Part shown: positions 1 to 11,894 of the stretch, piece after piece
Numbering within the stretch: the stretch's first letter is position 1
How the letters are laid out: each line of letters opens with the position of its first letter
Made by a program: the position numbers and the translations under genes
The notes under the pieces: generated by a model
What the model was told of the DNA's origin: nothing
The model's input: only the letters and a program-made list of their open reading frames with translations
Databases searched by the model: none
Source of the DNA: Eutreptiella sp. 'Long Island Sound 2002'
Taxonomy: Eukaryota > Protista > Euglenida
NCBI GenBank assembly: GCA_964036045.1
Contig: OZ038378.1
Span: 196,044,001-196,108,000, forward strand
Length of the DNA: 64,000 nt
Reading direction: 5' to 3'

Positions 1-640
1 CCGTGGACTGTTGCCGTTGATATGTTGGGCAACATTATATGGATTTGCCCCTTGGCCCCCGGGACATCAGCAGATGTTTTGATTTGGGATGGGTATGGAT
101 GGACCTTCTCGTACCCGAGGTGATTTCTTTGATTTCGAAGTTGGGGGCCATGATGGTGCTGATAAAGGCCGGATTCATGTCATTGTGCCATTCATTGGAA
201 GAAAGAATGGCACTTTGACAGCCCACCAACAATGTTACGAGGACGTGCACGGGTGGTATAGGGCACGCATTGAGCAGCTGTTTGCTGAGTTTTGGCACGC
301 AAGATGAGGCAGAGGATGAGGCAGAAGTGTGTGTGTTGTGTTGCCAGAAGCGCTCCACCGTCGCAGTTTGTGATGAGTGTAAGGAGCACTATTGTACTGA
401 ATGTATGGACACCCACACTTGTGGGACCAATGTTGTTTGTTAAGTACAATACAGATGACAGTTGGAGTTGCTGAATTCACACATATTGCTTTATTATGCA
501 ACGTGCTTTGTAGGAAAGCTGTGCAGTGCAACGTGGTCTACTTGGGGGGCCTTCTCCATCAGAGGGTAAATCTGGGGCTGAAGTCGGGATAGTTAATAGA
601 AAAGTAGCGTGCCGGGCGCGCGCCGGGCAAACATTCCCCC
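1..640 (+). mobile_element. 3' part of a decayed DDE transposon (IS5/ISL2EU/Harbinger-like, DDE_Tnp_4 type; family C) with C-terminal Cys/His finger and right TIR
   Basis: Frameshifted translation: VAVDMLGNIIWICPLAPGTSADVLIW / GHDGADKGRIHVIVPF...LTAHQQCYEDVHGWYRARIEQLF, which fits the second D and the E of the DDE triad. It is followed by CVLCCQKRSTVAVCDECKEHYCTECMDTHTC*. The element ends in GGCAAACATTCCCC at ~640. Confidence 0.65.
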
Positions 641-899
641 AATGTGGCCACATAAGACATGGGTTTGTTGTCACATTTGCCAATTTCAGCACATGTGGCC
701 CCCTGCTGGTGCACCAAGATTTTTTTTTAGTCTGATGCATTCCATAGGTCCTGAATTGCCAATTTCAGCACATGTGGCCTGCGCACGTGTGTGTCGGCAG
801 TTGTATGTGTTGCGCGCAAGCCACGCCCTTTTCCAAGCTACAGTAGGCGTAGGGACCATAATAATTGTGTACATTGGTGTAGCTTACACAAGGGGGGGG

Positions 900-1270
900 G
901 TTACTTGAGAATAAGTGGTGTGGGCAGTGCTAGGGGTCCATACCCTCTCCTCACATGACGCCATAGGAGTGGTGTCAAACCCTCCTCATAGTGTGATAAG
1001 GTCTTTGTGATTTGCCTCCTGGAGCTCTCACCTGGAATGAGACGCATCATATGGTCCCAAATTTCGTCAATGTCAAAGCTGTAGAGGTTTGACTTCTGAG
1101 GGCAGATTCCATATTCTATGAGTGCAGCGCAGTCCGCCTTAGCCAATCGGCCAGCTGTTAGACTGATTGGGATGGTGCTGTTTGAAAAAGACAAACACTG
1201 GGCACAATGAACACACGGAGAATGCCCATCCACAAGCATGTGCAGAAAAGCAGCATGGCTGGAAAATCAA
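900..1270 (-). mobile_element. Family A LINE fragment (post-RT region), continuation of the 2530-4800 minus-strand copy
   Basis: ORF 901..1239 peptide WDHMMRLIPG...TKTLSHYEEGLTPLLW resembles WDDILLQYIRDTPG...TTNLSHGGLGLRQLWW of the 19174 ORF. Confidence 0.45.
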
Positions 1271-1279
1271 AGTGTTTGT

Positions 1280-2530
1280 TCGTTGGCTGGACATGTATGC
1301 CTTGACTTTGCCATTGGGTCAGCTAGACTCCCTCCAACATTACCGTTGCATGGCCTGTATCCCATGGCTGTGGGGCCAAGTGAGGTGATGGGTCATTGGG
1401 CCCCCATGGTAACGCCTCCCAACACTATGCAGGTCCTTCGGCCAGCGCCAGGGGGATTAGAACAGATGCGTTTGGCCTTCTGTCCCACCTGGTTCAGTTT
1501 TTGGACGGAAAGGGTACAATGCTGGAATAGCTGGGCTGAACTAGCCCAACAGTGGTTTCACGTGGTGTCTCACCACAAGAAATGGCTGTGCGCTTGACTG
1601 CTTATCCCTCACTCACTGGTGGAGGCCTTCTCATAGGAGGAACGGTACAAGTTCCCTGCAACTACCAGCCCCAGTTCGATTTTCAAACCATATAGGGAGT
1701 ACAAGGACTAAGGAGAAAACTGGCAGAACCAACACCAAAGCAGCTTCGCCGCCATGGATCACATGGTTCAGCACGCCACAACCCCCACTGCGAGAAACAG
1801 CACGAAACCTCATGGAACAAGTAGGAGCGGCCGTAGGGACAAGCCAAAAGCACAAGCGTGAGACCTTGACACCTCAACCACAAATTGACGCCGACACCTG
1901 GCTTAAAGAGGCACAGCAAGACAACGACAACAACGCAGTCCAGTGGTTCACTGTATCCATCCTCAAGATAATGCCAGCAGCCAAGGGTCCGCAAAAAAAA
2001 ACACGCTTGTCTCTTTGCCTCAACATCCAGTGGGCCTCCCTCTGCACCCTTGTGGGGGGCGTGACAAGAAACCACCTTCACGCGTGGCGATCAAAGCCTT
2101 CCTATATGCCTACGTGCTCACAATGGAGCACATCCGACGCATGAAAGCCACATACTCACATGCAGCAGCAACAAAACAAGCATACGGCACACTAATTGTG
2201 AAGCAACACAATGACAATATGCGCTAGCAGCTGCAGAAAACAAAGTAGGCACTTGGAACGAGCACATCTAAGGATGCCTACCATGCACCACACATACCCG
2301 AACGAAACAAGCATATCACGCCAACCGTGTTCTTGGCACACAAAAGACCAAGGGACAACTGGGACCCTTTTTCAGGGAGATCCTACTCTACCCCCTGCCC
2401 AAAGACTAAAGGCACACTGGGACCCCAACGAATGGGAGATGTAGATCAATTGACATCAACTCCTACCGGGTAACCATGGGGGAATAGTCTTGAGCTGCTT
2501 CCCATATGTTCACCCAGGCTCTGCTAAAAC
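1280..2530 (+). mobile_element. Decayed 3' portion of family A LINE
   Basis: PWLWGQVR, IDADTWLKEAQQDNDNNAVQWF and HWDPNEWE match the 19108-21558 copy. Ends in the conserved hairpin at 2468-2530. Confidence 0.8.
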
Positions 2531-4700
2531 ATGTACTCCTTGAATCTCATCTTGCGATGGGTCTCCTTCAAAAAACAGCATCAAGTCATCAGCATAGAGC
2601 ATCACCAACACTGTTGGGAACTGCTGCTTCAACGGAAAGACAACAAACGACACCACTGGCGCTCTTGAGGAGATCCCCCTATCAAGTCCCAGCCTTGGGC
2701 CGGTATTGCTCCCCTGAACACCGCCTTTGGCCAAAGAGAAGACATATGGGGCTGACAAGAGAGACTGATTAAGTGAATCAAGGAAGCGGGTAAGCACAAC
2801 TGTGTTAGAACTGTCTCACAAAATTGATGTGACATGATTGGAATGCATTGGCAAAGTGGATGCTAACTGCCGCCCCGGCCCCCACATCATCCCACAGTGA
2901 ATGAATCGAAAATATGTGCTTGAATATGGTGCATCCGTTGATGAACCCAGCCTATTGAGACGGCACACATTGCATCGGCACATTGCTCAACTATAGGAGG
3001 ATTTGTAAACCATTTCTGTCGTGTCATGTGTAATGTGGTGGGTCTAAGTCGCATCACCAATGACAAGGAATATGGGTGAGCACCCCATTTGTCCACGATT
3101 GCGGAATCTGCCCCGCAGCCAAAAAGGACTGAATGGACTCATGAATATGTGGTGTCATCACGGGTGCAAATGCTTTCAGGACCGTGGCCGATACACTATC
3201 TAGCCCTGGAGGGCCTCCCCCTTGTGGCTTTTTCAGCCCGTCCTCTACTAGCTCCATGGAGCCCATAAAGAGCCAACAACCCCAACCGTTTGAGGTAGTT
3301 GGAGAACTGCTCCACAAACTTTTCCTTAGGAACGGACACTGCATCCCAATGCTCTGCAAGGGTAATGGGGGGAATTGATGCTACGTCTCATGGCAAGCCC
3401 CGTGAGCAGTGGACCCTGTCCAGCCTACATAGCTTGTCAGAGTTTCCGCCTTTTCGGTATCCAGAAGTATATCCCCTCAATTTGGTCGGTCTTAACGTTA
3501 ACCTAACACCCTCATCCTGTGGCTCATCGGATGACAGCAGAAAATCCGAGTACTGGGCGCCATGGATGGCTGCCCAGCAATCATGAAGATCTAGGCGTGC
3601 CAGCACCTCTGCCTCCTTATCTCTTGTTTGCAGTAAATTCGGGTGTTCGTAACTTGTTGGGGAATGGACATCCCTACCACAAAGCAACATACAGTTTGAG
3701 GCGGCGACTAGGTGCGAGACCTGCTCCCACTACCGTAATCTCAGCGCATCTTGCATGGTGAAACTGCTCCATCAGCAATGTGAAACCTTGGCCTCCATGT
3801 TGAAACGTGGCTGTCAACAATCTGGATCTATAGAACTATGCCCCTGACAATCAAACTACTCTAACCAGCCAAGAGCTGCACCCATAGTTCGGTCGGATTA
3901 ATGGCACTGGCGAATGAATAGCCAAATGTGCAGGGGGGGGGGGGGCACATTATCAAGTAAAGGCAGACATGTCGTTGTTTTTGATTTAAAAAATAGGCCA
4001 ATAGGGAAGTGCCATGGGCCTTAAAGGGCGTTTGTCTCGCTAGTGCAAGCTCGCCAGTGTTGTACCACTTGTAAAGTATCATTTCAGGGGCACATTGCAA
4101 CACTGAGCACACCGTACGCTCCAGAATAGTTGCAGCCTTCAAGGATGTCAACAAGCATGGCGGACCGCACGGCCAAACATTGAAGTTGGTGGAGTTTAAC
4201 CACATGCCAAATATAAGTAATGTCGCAACCGTTGGACCTGTGCGTGCGACCCCTGGCATGATTGGTTTGATTGGCTTGTGGGACTCGCTGGATGGAGATG
4301 TTGAAGCATCACTACTACATAATATCGTTGAGCATGAGATACCAATCATTGCACCGGTGATGGGAAGGGCTATGAAGAGCACCTCAAGTCAGCGCACCGT
4401 GCCACTTCGAGCTGGTTACGATGCTGAAGCTTGGGAAATGTGCCACTTTCTCCTTGAGCGCTTGCATCTGGTCTGGATTGCATGTTCCGGGTCGGTTGCG
4501 CGGTGCTGCTTGGTAAGGCACACTTCGCGAAACAACCCAAAAAGCTCACGCCCCTCCTGATCCACAAGGTCTTGTCCTCCTTGTTGACACTTGACACCCC
4601 CATACAAAGGAAGCTGTGCCACGGGTTCAAGTTGAACAGCTGTTCCTGCCGGCTGCCCACCCCCCCCCCCACCCGCCCGCTCCCCAAGCCGGCCTGGGGC
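2530..4700 (-). mobile_element. Decayed non-LTR retrotransposon reverse transcriptase region
   Basis: LYADDLMLF (RT YADD motif) in ORF 2510..2797. PPGLDSVSATVLKAFAPVMTPHIHESIQSFLAAGQIPQSWTNG (RT domain 0/1) in ORF 3054..3359. The upstream part may be an AP endonuclease, but its motifs were not verified. Confidence 0.75.
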
Positions 4701-5068
4701 CACAGTTAGTTGGAGGGATACTTCACAACACTGAGGCGGCGGCCCCCCATGTGTAAGGGGTATCGCGTATTGCACCTCACATCAACGCCAGTAATCCAAC
4801 GGGGCCTATACCCACACAGCATGCAACATGCAAGCTTTGACTTCCAGGCCAGAACCTGGAGCAACCATTTTCCTATGCCGTGAACTTGCCCTGTGTCCCG
4901 GACGTTCGTCAGGCTGACGACGCCCTGGCAGTGTGGGACCCTGACTTGGCTGAGGCAAGTTTTCGCACACAAGATTGGTAAATTTGAAGCCTTAGAAGAC
5001 AGGTGACCCACCCACTGCCATTGGTACACCTGTGCTCCTGGTCCCGTTGCGGTGCGTCTTCAGAACCG

Positions 5069-6238
5069 ATGACCGTCACTGACGGCCCCCTCCACGGCAG
5101 CCGCCTGCACAAGCACGCCTGCATGGCCTGCCCCTCGCCTGAGGGGGATGACGGTTCGCGCCGATTCCCGAGTGGAATCACTCAACATGCTGATGGCACA
5201 TTTGTGCTTCCCGATGGCTCCTGCGAGGCTCCTGACGGCACTGTTACCGCTCCCGGTGGGTGCGTGATGCAACCAGACCCGGACGGCGCCGTGTCCTTGG
5301 GAAATGGCACGAAGCTCCTGCCCTGTGGAGCGCTGTTGTCCCGATCCTCATGCAAATTGCTGGATGGCACCACCATCTTACTGAAGGGCCTGAGGCCCCC
5401 GCTCGAGGAGGTTGTCGCGGACCTTCAGTGCTCCATCGCAAGCGCTTGGCACGATTGTGGCGAACGGCTGTGTCCTGAGTTCTTGGACGAGAAGACACGG
5501 CGTGGGCACGAAGTCGCGCGGCGCCTTAGCGCAACGGTGGTTTTTCGCGCGGGTGTTCGGCAACGGGGAGAGCGAGCCGCTGCTGGCGGCTTCGAGTACT
5601 CATCAAGTCATCCATCAGCTGAATGCTCAAGAGCAAACTCAATCCTCTCAGCTGCAGATGAGCCTGAGACTCGTCAAGATTCCAATATTGCCGAGTCTGC
5701 TGCGGCTGCGCGAATTGAAAACGGGTTTGCTGCACCTGCTACAACTGCCTCGGGAGACCTACTCGCAGATGAATTTCCGACCCCCCCGGGTAGCGATCCC
5801 GGTGCAGACGGGGATGAGGCTGCGGCTACCCCATTGGAAAGCGGGTGTGCGGATCCTCCGAGCGTGGGGGACCCACTCGGGAATGAAATGCTCAGCGAAC
5901 CTGCAGACGGGAGTGACAAGGAAGGTGCAGCTCTGCTGACGCAGGGGCTCAGTGGCGTCCATGCTGCGGGGGATGATGCGGGGTCCCCCCCGGCAGGGGC
6001 TCACTGGTCAGAGCTTTCTTCGGCTTTTATGTTCGCAAGGGTGTCGAGAGACTTGTCGTCGGAAGGTAGTTTCAGCGGGTGGCAGCTGCGGCCGGGGGAG
6101 ACGGAGTTTGGGGCCATCGAAGGCAACGAGCAGCTGAAGGCTATGATGCAGCGGACCCAGTGGCGGATGTGGTTCGAGAGTGCCGTGCTCTTTGCGCTTG
6201 CCACATGCGTGTTCTCCGTGTGCTTGCTGCATGTCTGA
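5069..6238 (+). CDS. Hypothetical protein with xDG/PDG beta-hairpin-like repeats, acidic low-complexity middle and C-terminal transmembrane helix (putative tail-anchored)
   Basis: Uninterrupted 411-codon ORF; first ATG at 5069, just after an acceptor-like CTTCAG. Repeats ADGT/PDGS/PDGT/PDGA/LDGT. Hydrophobic terminus SAVLFALATCVFSVCLLHV*. Confidence 0.7.
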   Translation: MTVTDGPLHGSRLHKHACMACPSPEGDDGSRRFPSGITQHADGTFVLPDGSCEAPDGTVTAPGGCVMQPDPDGAVSLGNGTKLLPCGALLSRSSCKLLDGTTILLKGLRPPLEEVVADLQCSIASAWHDCGERLCPEFLDEKTRRGHEVARRLSATVVFRAGVRQRGERAAAGGFEYSSSHPSAECSRANSILSAADEPETRQDSNIAESAAAARIENGFAAPATTASGDLLADEFPTPPGSDPGADGDEAAATPLESGCADPPSVGDPLGNEMLSEPADGSDKEGAALLTQGLSGVHAAGDDAGSPPAGAHWSELSSAFMFARVSRDLSSEGSFSGWQLRPGETEFGAIEGNEQLKAMMQRTQWRMWFESAVLFALATCVFSVCLLHV

Positions 6239-6521
6239 TTTCGATGGCCTCCTTGTGTTGGGCGGGGGGGGGATATTGCCCCAAGGGGGTAAAAGGGGCC
6301 GTTTGGGCCCCTTTTTCAAGACCCCCCCCCCCCCAAGGGGTGGTGGGGCTCTTCTGTCAGGCGATTACGGGGGCAGACGGTCCGCATGGGACCGACATGG
6401 GGACCAAAAACCAAAAAAGAGACATGCAAATGGCATTTTTGGAATCAGCGCGTCGAGGGAGCACAGCAGCCACGCCCACTTCCAGCTCTGCCATCCCCAA
6501 GGCCGCCCCCTCACCCCGTGA

Positions 6522-7110
6522 CCCCGGCCAGAAACGGGCCCAGATTTCAAAAATGTCGTTATACCAATTCACACCTCTTGGATATTCAGGAAGTGCACAG
6601 TCTTCCCGTGCACATGCAAAAAAAAGCGCCACAAACTGAAACGCCGGGACCAAGTTCCCCCCCCGACACCTCCAAAACCCCCTATTTGACTGTCGGCAGG
6701 TTTTGCCATTTTTCTGGGTGACCCCGCCCAGAAACGGTGCCGTTTTTCCAAAATGTCGTTGAAGCAATCGGCGCTTTTTGGATATTCAGAAAGTGCACAA
6801 TCTTCCCGTGCACATGCAAAAAAAAGCGCCACAAACTGAAACGGTGGGACCAAGTTACCCCCCGGACACCTCCAAAACCCCCTATTTGACTGTGGGCAGG
6901 TTTTGCCATTTTTCTGGGTGACCCCGCCCAAAAACGGTGCCGTTTTTCCAAAATGTCGTTGAAGCAATCGGCGCTTTTTGGATATTCAGAAAGTGCACAG
7001 TCGTCCCGTGCACATGCAAAAAAAAGCGCCACAAACCGAAACGGTGGGACCAAGTTACCCCAAGTTATCCCCCGGACACTTGCAAAAACCTGTCTTTGAC
7101 TCTGGGTCCA
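6522..7110. repeat. Tandem repeat, ~199-bp unit, about 3 copies
   Basis: The unit start CCCC(G/C)(G/C)CCA(G/A)AAACGG recurs at ~6522, 6722 and 6921. Near-identical translations appear in ORFs 6357..6767 and 6569..6967. Confidence 0.85.
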
Positions 7111-8329
7111 GGTCACAAAAGTACCCTGAAGGGGTTTGAATCTGGGTACCGAAAATTTCAGCGCCTTATAGCCCAGCATTGTAACCAGTCAACCACTAAT
7201 TTTCGCTCTGTCATCACAATTTTTCGTCTTATACCGCCTGCACGATGCAAAAAAATTTTCAGCTTACAAGGGTTTCCACATGTCTCTGACAACACAGCAA
7301 CCAAAGGGACAGTGTGTTTGGGGGGCCAGGGTCATAATCCTGGTGACTGGGAAGCAGTTCGCCGAAAAATAGGCCCGCCGAATTGTCCTGCCGAATTGTT
7401 GGGATTTCTTCGCCGAATTGGGGGGGTGGTTGCCAACGGGTTCCCCCGTGCGCACCAACGGCCTTGTGCAACCCCCCCCCCCCCCCCCGGTCAAAGGGCA
7501 CTTTTTCTGCCGCGTCTGTTGTTTCACAGAATTCTGGTTTAATTGCTGTGGGACAAGTTGTGGTGGTTGTAGAACGAAAATTGAGGGTCTCGGCTTTTTG
7601 TTGTTACATGCGACTCACCACAGGTTGACGCGCAGGAAGCGGCTCGAAAAAAGGCGGTTTCGTGCGCTACGAGAAAACAGGATTGCATGCTCAAAAAAAA
7701 AAACCTCAACAGAGATGCCATTATATATGTGGTACTTTACCTGCCACACAGAACCGGTCCGTCTGACCGAGCACACGTACAACCCCCCCCCCGTTCCGGT
7801 CACCGGAATTGCCGGAACGTGCCGGAACGTTTTGCCGGAACGTTGTGATTCTGTGAGGCTCAATGTTTTTCAGTGAAAACGCTTGCTGCTACTGTCAACC
7901 GTTGTCGTCCACTTTGCCAGTAACACTTTTGTTCGTCCATCCACTGAAAGAGATGTTGAAATGTTGTTTTTGTGGCTCCGAGGGGGCATCCATGACTGAT
8001 TTCCATGATCTGCAACTGAAGGAGCAGCTGTTATTGCAACAGAAATGGGAAGATGATGTTTGGCCCCCAGTTACAACGAACGGCAACAACGCTACACTCG
8101 GAAGGAAGCAGAAAGCACAAGTCGCAGAGAAGGTGCTGAGCATAATTAGGAAATACAAACGGACACAGTTGCCTTTTTTTGACGAGTTACGTGTTTTTGA
8201 TCCCCGGCAGCGCGACAGCATGCCTTCAAACATTGATGCATACTCTCACCTCTTTTGTCGGCCTGTTGCCACTTTTCTTTCAGACTTGTTTCTGCATGGA
8301 AAAAAAAAGGACAGCTTTGAATGCCGATC

Positions 8330-8410
8330 AGAGCCAAGTGACAAAAAGTGCAAAAAAACTTCGGTGGGTGGCAGAGCCAAGTGACAAAAAGTGCAAAAAA
8401 ACTTCGGTGG
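8330..8410. repeat. 43-bp tandem duplication
   Basis: CAGAGCCAAGTGACAAAAAGTGCAAAAAAACTTCGGTGG occurs twice. Confidence 0.85.
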
Positions 8411-8481
8411 CCCGGCAGTGGGGATCGAACCTACGCTCACAAATCTGTAGATCACTGCATATCCACTGGACCAGTGGCAGG
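8411..8481 (-). pseudogene. Degenerate tRNA-like Pol III unit / possible tRNA-derived SINE head
   Basis: The minus strand has A-box-like TGGTCCAGTGG, B-box GGTTCGATCCC and an imperfect acceptor stem CCTGCCA/TGCCGGG, then CCA and a T7 run. D and anticodon arms pair poorly. Confidence 0.45.
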
Positions 8482-10789
8482 TTCTAACAGACTGCTGACC
8501 AGGAACCATATAGAGACCGAGAGATGAAAATTTTTTTTTGCAAATTGAGGGATGCTTTGGGTTTCCACATTACTCCAACTACCGAACAACCAAAAGGAAG
8601 GTGTGTTTGCGCCCTGGGACTGAGATCCTGGGCACCGGGAACCTCTTTTGCTGAAAAAACGGCTCGCCGGAACGTTGCGGAACATTGGGTTTTTCTCGCC
8701 GGAACGGGGGGGGGTTGCACGTAAGTCAGAACAAAAAAATAAATAAATAAAATGCAACGCACATCCCCAGCAAAAGCGGTTCAGACGCTGTGTGCTTGGC
8801 CTGATGCAAGCGGGCCTTGAACAACGTACCGAACCTGCAGGATGTCGATGGCGCCAGTCCGCCGCACGCGTTGGAGGCCGCTGTGCAAGGCTTGCGCCAG
8901 GACTGACATCAGAAATGGAACGCCTACTGGGGCAGGAACCCGGAACGACACACGCAAGCCCTAACCCCTGACGCTAACCCTATTTTGCCCCAGACCTTCA
9001 ACCCAAGCCCTGCCCACCGGTCATCATGCCCTCAATTCTCATGACCCCCTCATTTCTCGTGACGCTTGTTTTCTCGCCGTGTGCCATTTCTCATCCTGCC
9101 GTGATTCCTCCGCATGCATTTCACACGCGTTTTGCCTGAGAGGGAACGTCACAGGGGGCGCAGTTTCGGGCCGGGATTATTTGGTGGGGAAATTCTGTCT
9201 TCAAGGAAGCTGGCGATTTTCTCCTGGCGAAATCTGCGGGCTTTGGCAGTGCAGTGTGTGTGTGAGGCAGTGTAAGCCTTGGGATTTGCATGGGGCGAAA
9301 TTTTCCCCCTCCCAAATTTTCCGACACGCATCTTCCCCCCTGGCGAACTAATTCCCGCACAAAATTGCCCCCCCCCCCTGTAGCGCGCTGCGCAACATCT
9401 CCCCCTAATTCCCCCCAGTCCCCCCCCCTTTTCGCCAAAGGGGCGCCCGTAGCACAGTGCAACGATTTGGGCATCTGGCAGGGATTATGTGGCCATATTG
9501 ATTTCCCATCTCCAACCATTTGGAGGCATATGTTTGTATGGAATTTTCTGACCGGGCCCTACGTTGTTGTGTCATTTGTGCTTTGGGTTCCTGGGCTCGA
9601 GGAGGGTATTGTTTTGGGGGTCACAGCATTGGGATAGATGCCCAGAACATTGATTTGGATGCCGTGCGCGCCAGTCTTCTTTTCAACCTACAGTCTTTGT
9701 GCCTCATGCACACTGGGAAGCCTAAGGGCGTGGCAGTCTCGCACTGCATGGCCGGGGTTCCAGACACAGCGAATCCTCACTACGTGTCAGATCCGCTACC
9801 ACAGTCATTTGCGGGATCATTGTAGAACTGGACAGCTCTGAGCCATGACCGTGAGGTTATCTCGAGTACCATATGGTGAGCAGGATACGCCAGATCATCT
9901 TGGTCTGAACCAAAAAAAAATTGGATCCCGGGCACGCCAGGCAAACGTTACCTCTGAGCGATGCAACCCCTTGTGGTTCGGCTGCACAAAAGGTTGATTT
10001 GTGTCCAAGGGCTCATGGGTGCCCAACCCTGCTGGTCACCTCTGCCCTCCAATGTGCCTCATGCTGGCGGTTCCATTTAGCTCTGCACTGTGTCTTAGAC
10101 GGCTGAACTCCAACCCCGATTTTAAACCCAAAAATGCAAAAAGCGGAAATTTTCAAAAGTGGTGTAGAAATGGGTATTTGACCATAGAGAAAATAGGGCA
10201 AAATATGATATGAGCACATCTGTTATTGTTATGTTATTCCACATCATGCATTTCTGTTCATCTCTTGCTAACCTCTCAGCCCCCTCCCGCCCAAGGGAAC
10301 ATGGCCAAAATGGCCAATAATGATTGTTCCCTCGACCCCCCCCCAGAGGGAATTTCGGGCACTGACTTCACTACATGGGGGATAACCCGCTCAAAAGTTC
10401 GCTTGGAGTCCCGTGCAGCGGTTACATGGCCAGAGGGGGGGGGGGGGTTTACCTACCTTACCTGAAAGTGCCCTAGGCAAGTGCTGGTGGCATTCCGGAT
10501 CGGACTACGCCGAGTGCGCTTCTACTGACCGCCTATGTGACCTGAATCCAGTCAATTTGCAGCATTGTTTTATTTCTTCACATGATAGAAACGGGCCTTT
10601 GCCTTCTTGGCCCATGCCTTCTCTGTGCTTTCGTTGTGCTCCTTTGAATTGCGGGTATGTGGTTTCGTCCTGCCCCTTCACCAAGCACTAATGAGCACAG
10701 AGAACTGGTTGCAAGCTAACAATGAAGGCCGGATGATCACAGGGGGGCAAAACGACATCTGTACGGAGGGCCCATCCAGCCACCAACCA

Positions 10790-11340
10790 ACTGCCACCGA
10801 GTAGGAATACATGAACGCCGTACGCGCTGTTGGCGGAACAGTAGGACAGCGAGTCTCCGAGCCTGGAGTTCACCGACCACTCTCGGCTGACCTATATGAC
10901 TCCGAGAGCTTAGAGGAGTACCCTGAGCTCCAAGCAGAGCATATACAACTTACTACCCACTTGACTGTCACACGATAGTCTACACCCGCCAGACGAACCC
11001 ACACACGATAAAACACAGCAAGTCACTTCTATGCCACCAAACACAAAACCATACCAGGTGTCATGGTGTACTACACCGGCGCATTGTCAACGACAAATAT
11101 ACCCACAGCTCAAAAGGCTCAAAACGCCATAGGAGAGCGGGGGTAGGAATGTGCAATGGAGACTTTTGGGCAGCCTTCCGCTTGCACAGCCCTAAGTAGG
11201 TCTACCGTGTGTAGACCATCACATGCGCCCTAGCCTTGGACATGGCACAAGAGGGAGAGGAAATCATCCTCAACAATCAAGGAGTTGCTAAGGCAACACC
11301 AGTACCACGAAAGGGTGAGGTAAAGGACCAATGTCACCTA
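10790..11340 (+). mobile_element. Decayed internal fragment of family A LINE (pre-RNase H/RNase H)
   Basis: Nucleotide similarity to 19400-19950, e.g. GCTGACCTATATGACTCCGAGAGC vs GCGGGCCTATACGACTCGGAGAGC. Confidence 0.7.
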
Positions 11341-11386
11341 GACACGGGATACCACCACGCCACATGAAACAGCTCAACGATGCGCT

Positions 11387-11870
11387 GGGGGAGGGTGTTA
11401 GCGTGCCAAGCGCGCGCCGGGCATCTTTTTTGACCCGTGTCCCACGAGTGACCTTTTAGGGGGTGCACTAAGGGGGCGAACTTAGCACAGTTCAACTATT
11501 TGGACGTCTGGCCGCGACACCTTCCCTTGTTGCCCTGTCATGAGGTGCGCGCTTGCACTAACTCTTAATGTTGTGGTGTCGAGGGTCCCCCCACCTAGGG
11601 TCCAGTGGAGGGAGGCAAGCATGAGAGAGGAAAACACCGCAACCACCGCCGAAAAGACACTGCATACCACTGTCACCTCAAGCATAAGGGACGTAGTGTG
11701 TGCGAGACTTTGCACTGTTGGATGGAGCTTTTCGAAGGGCCCAACTCGGGAACGTCATGGTGAGCCTACATGCACTCAGCCACGTAATAATAGTGCAAGC
11801 CCTAGGCTCATGCTACACTAGAACTCTTACTTCGCACACAACGTGTGGATCCGCTAACTGCAGGCTAAAG
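11387..11870 (+). mobile_element. Left end of family C DNA transposon
   Basis: GGGGGAGGGTGTTAGCGTGCCAAGCGCGCGCCGGGCATCTTTTTT matches the left end at 49422. DFALLDGAF resembles DFTRLSGLF in the 47929 ORF. Confidence 0.5.
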
Positions 11871-11894
11871 AAGACACCACATGCAAGGGGGGGG

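Noticed and set aside
8959-8981. CCCTAA telomere-like units
   Set aside because: Only two imperfect units.
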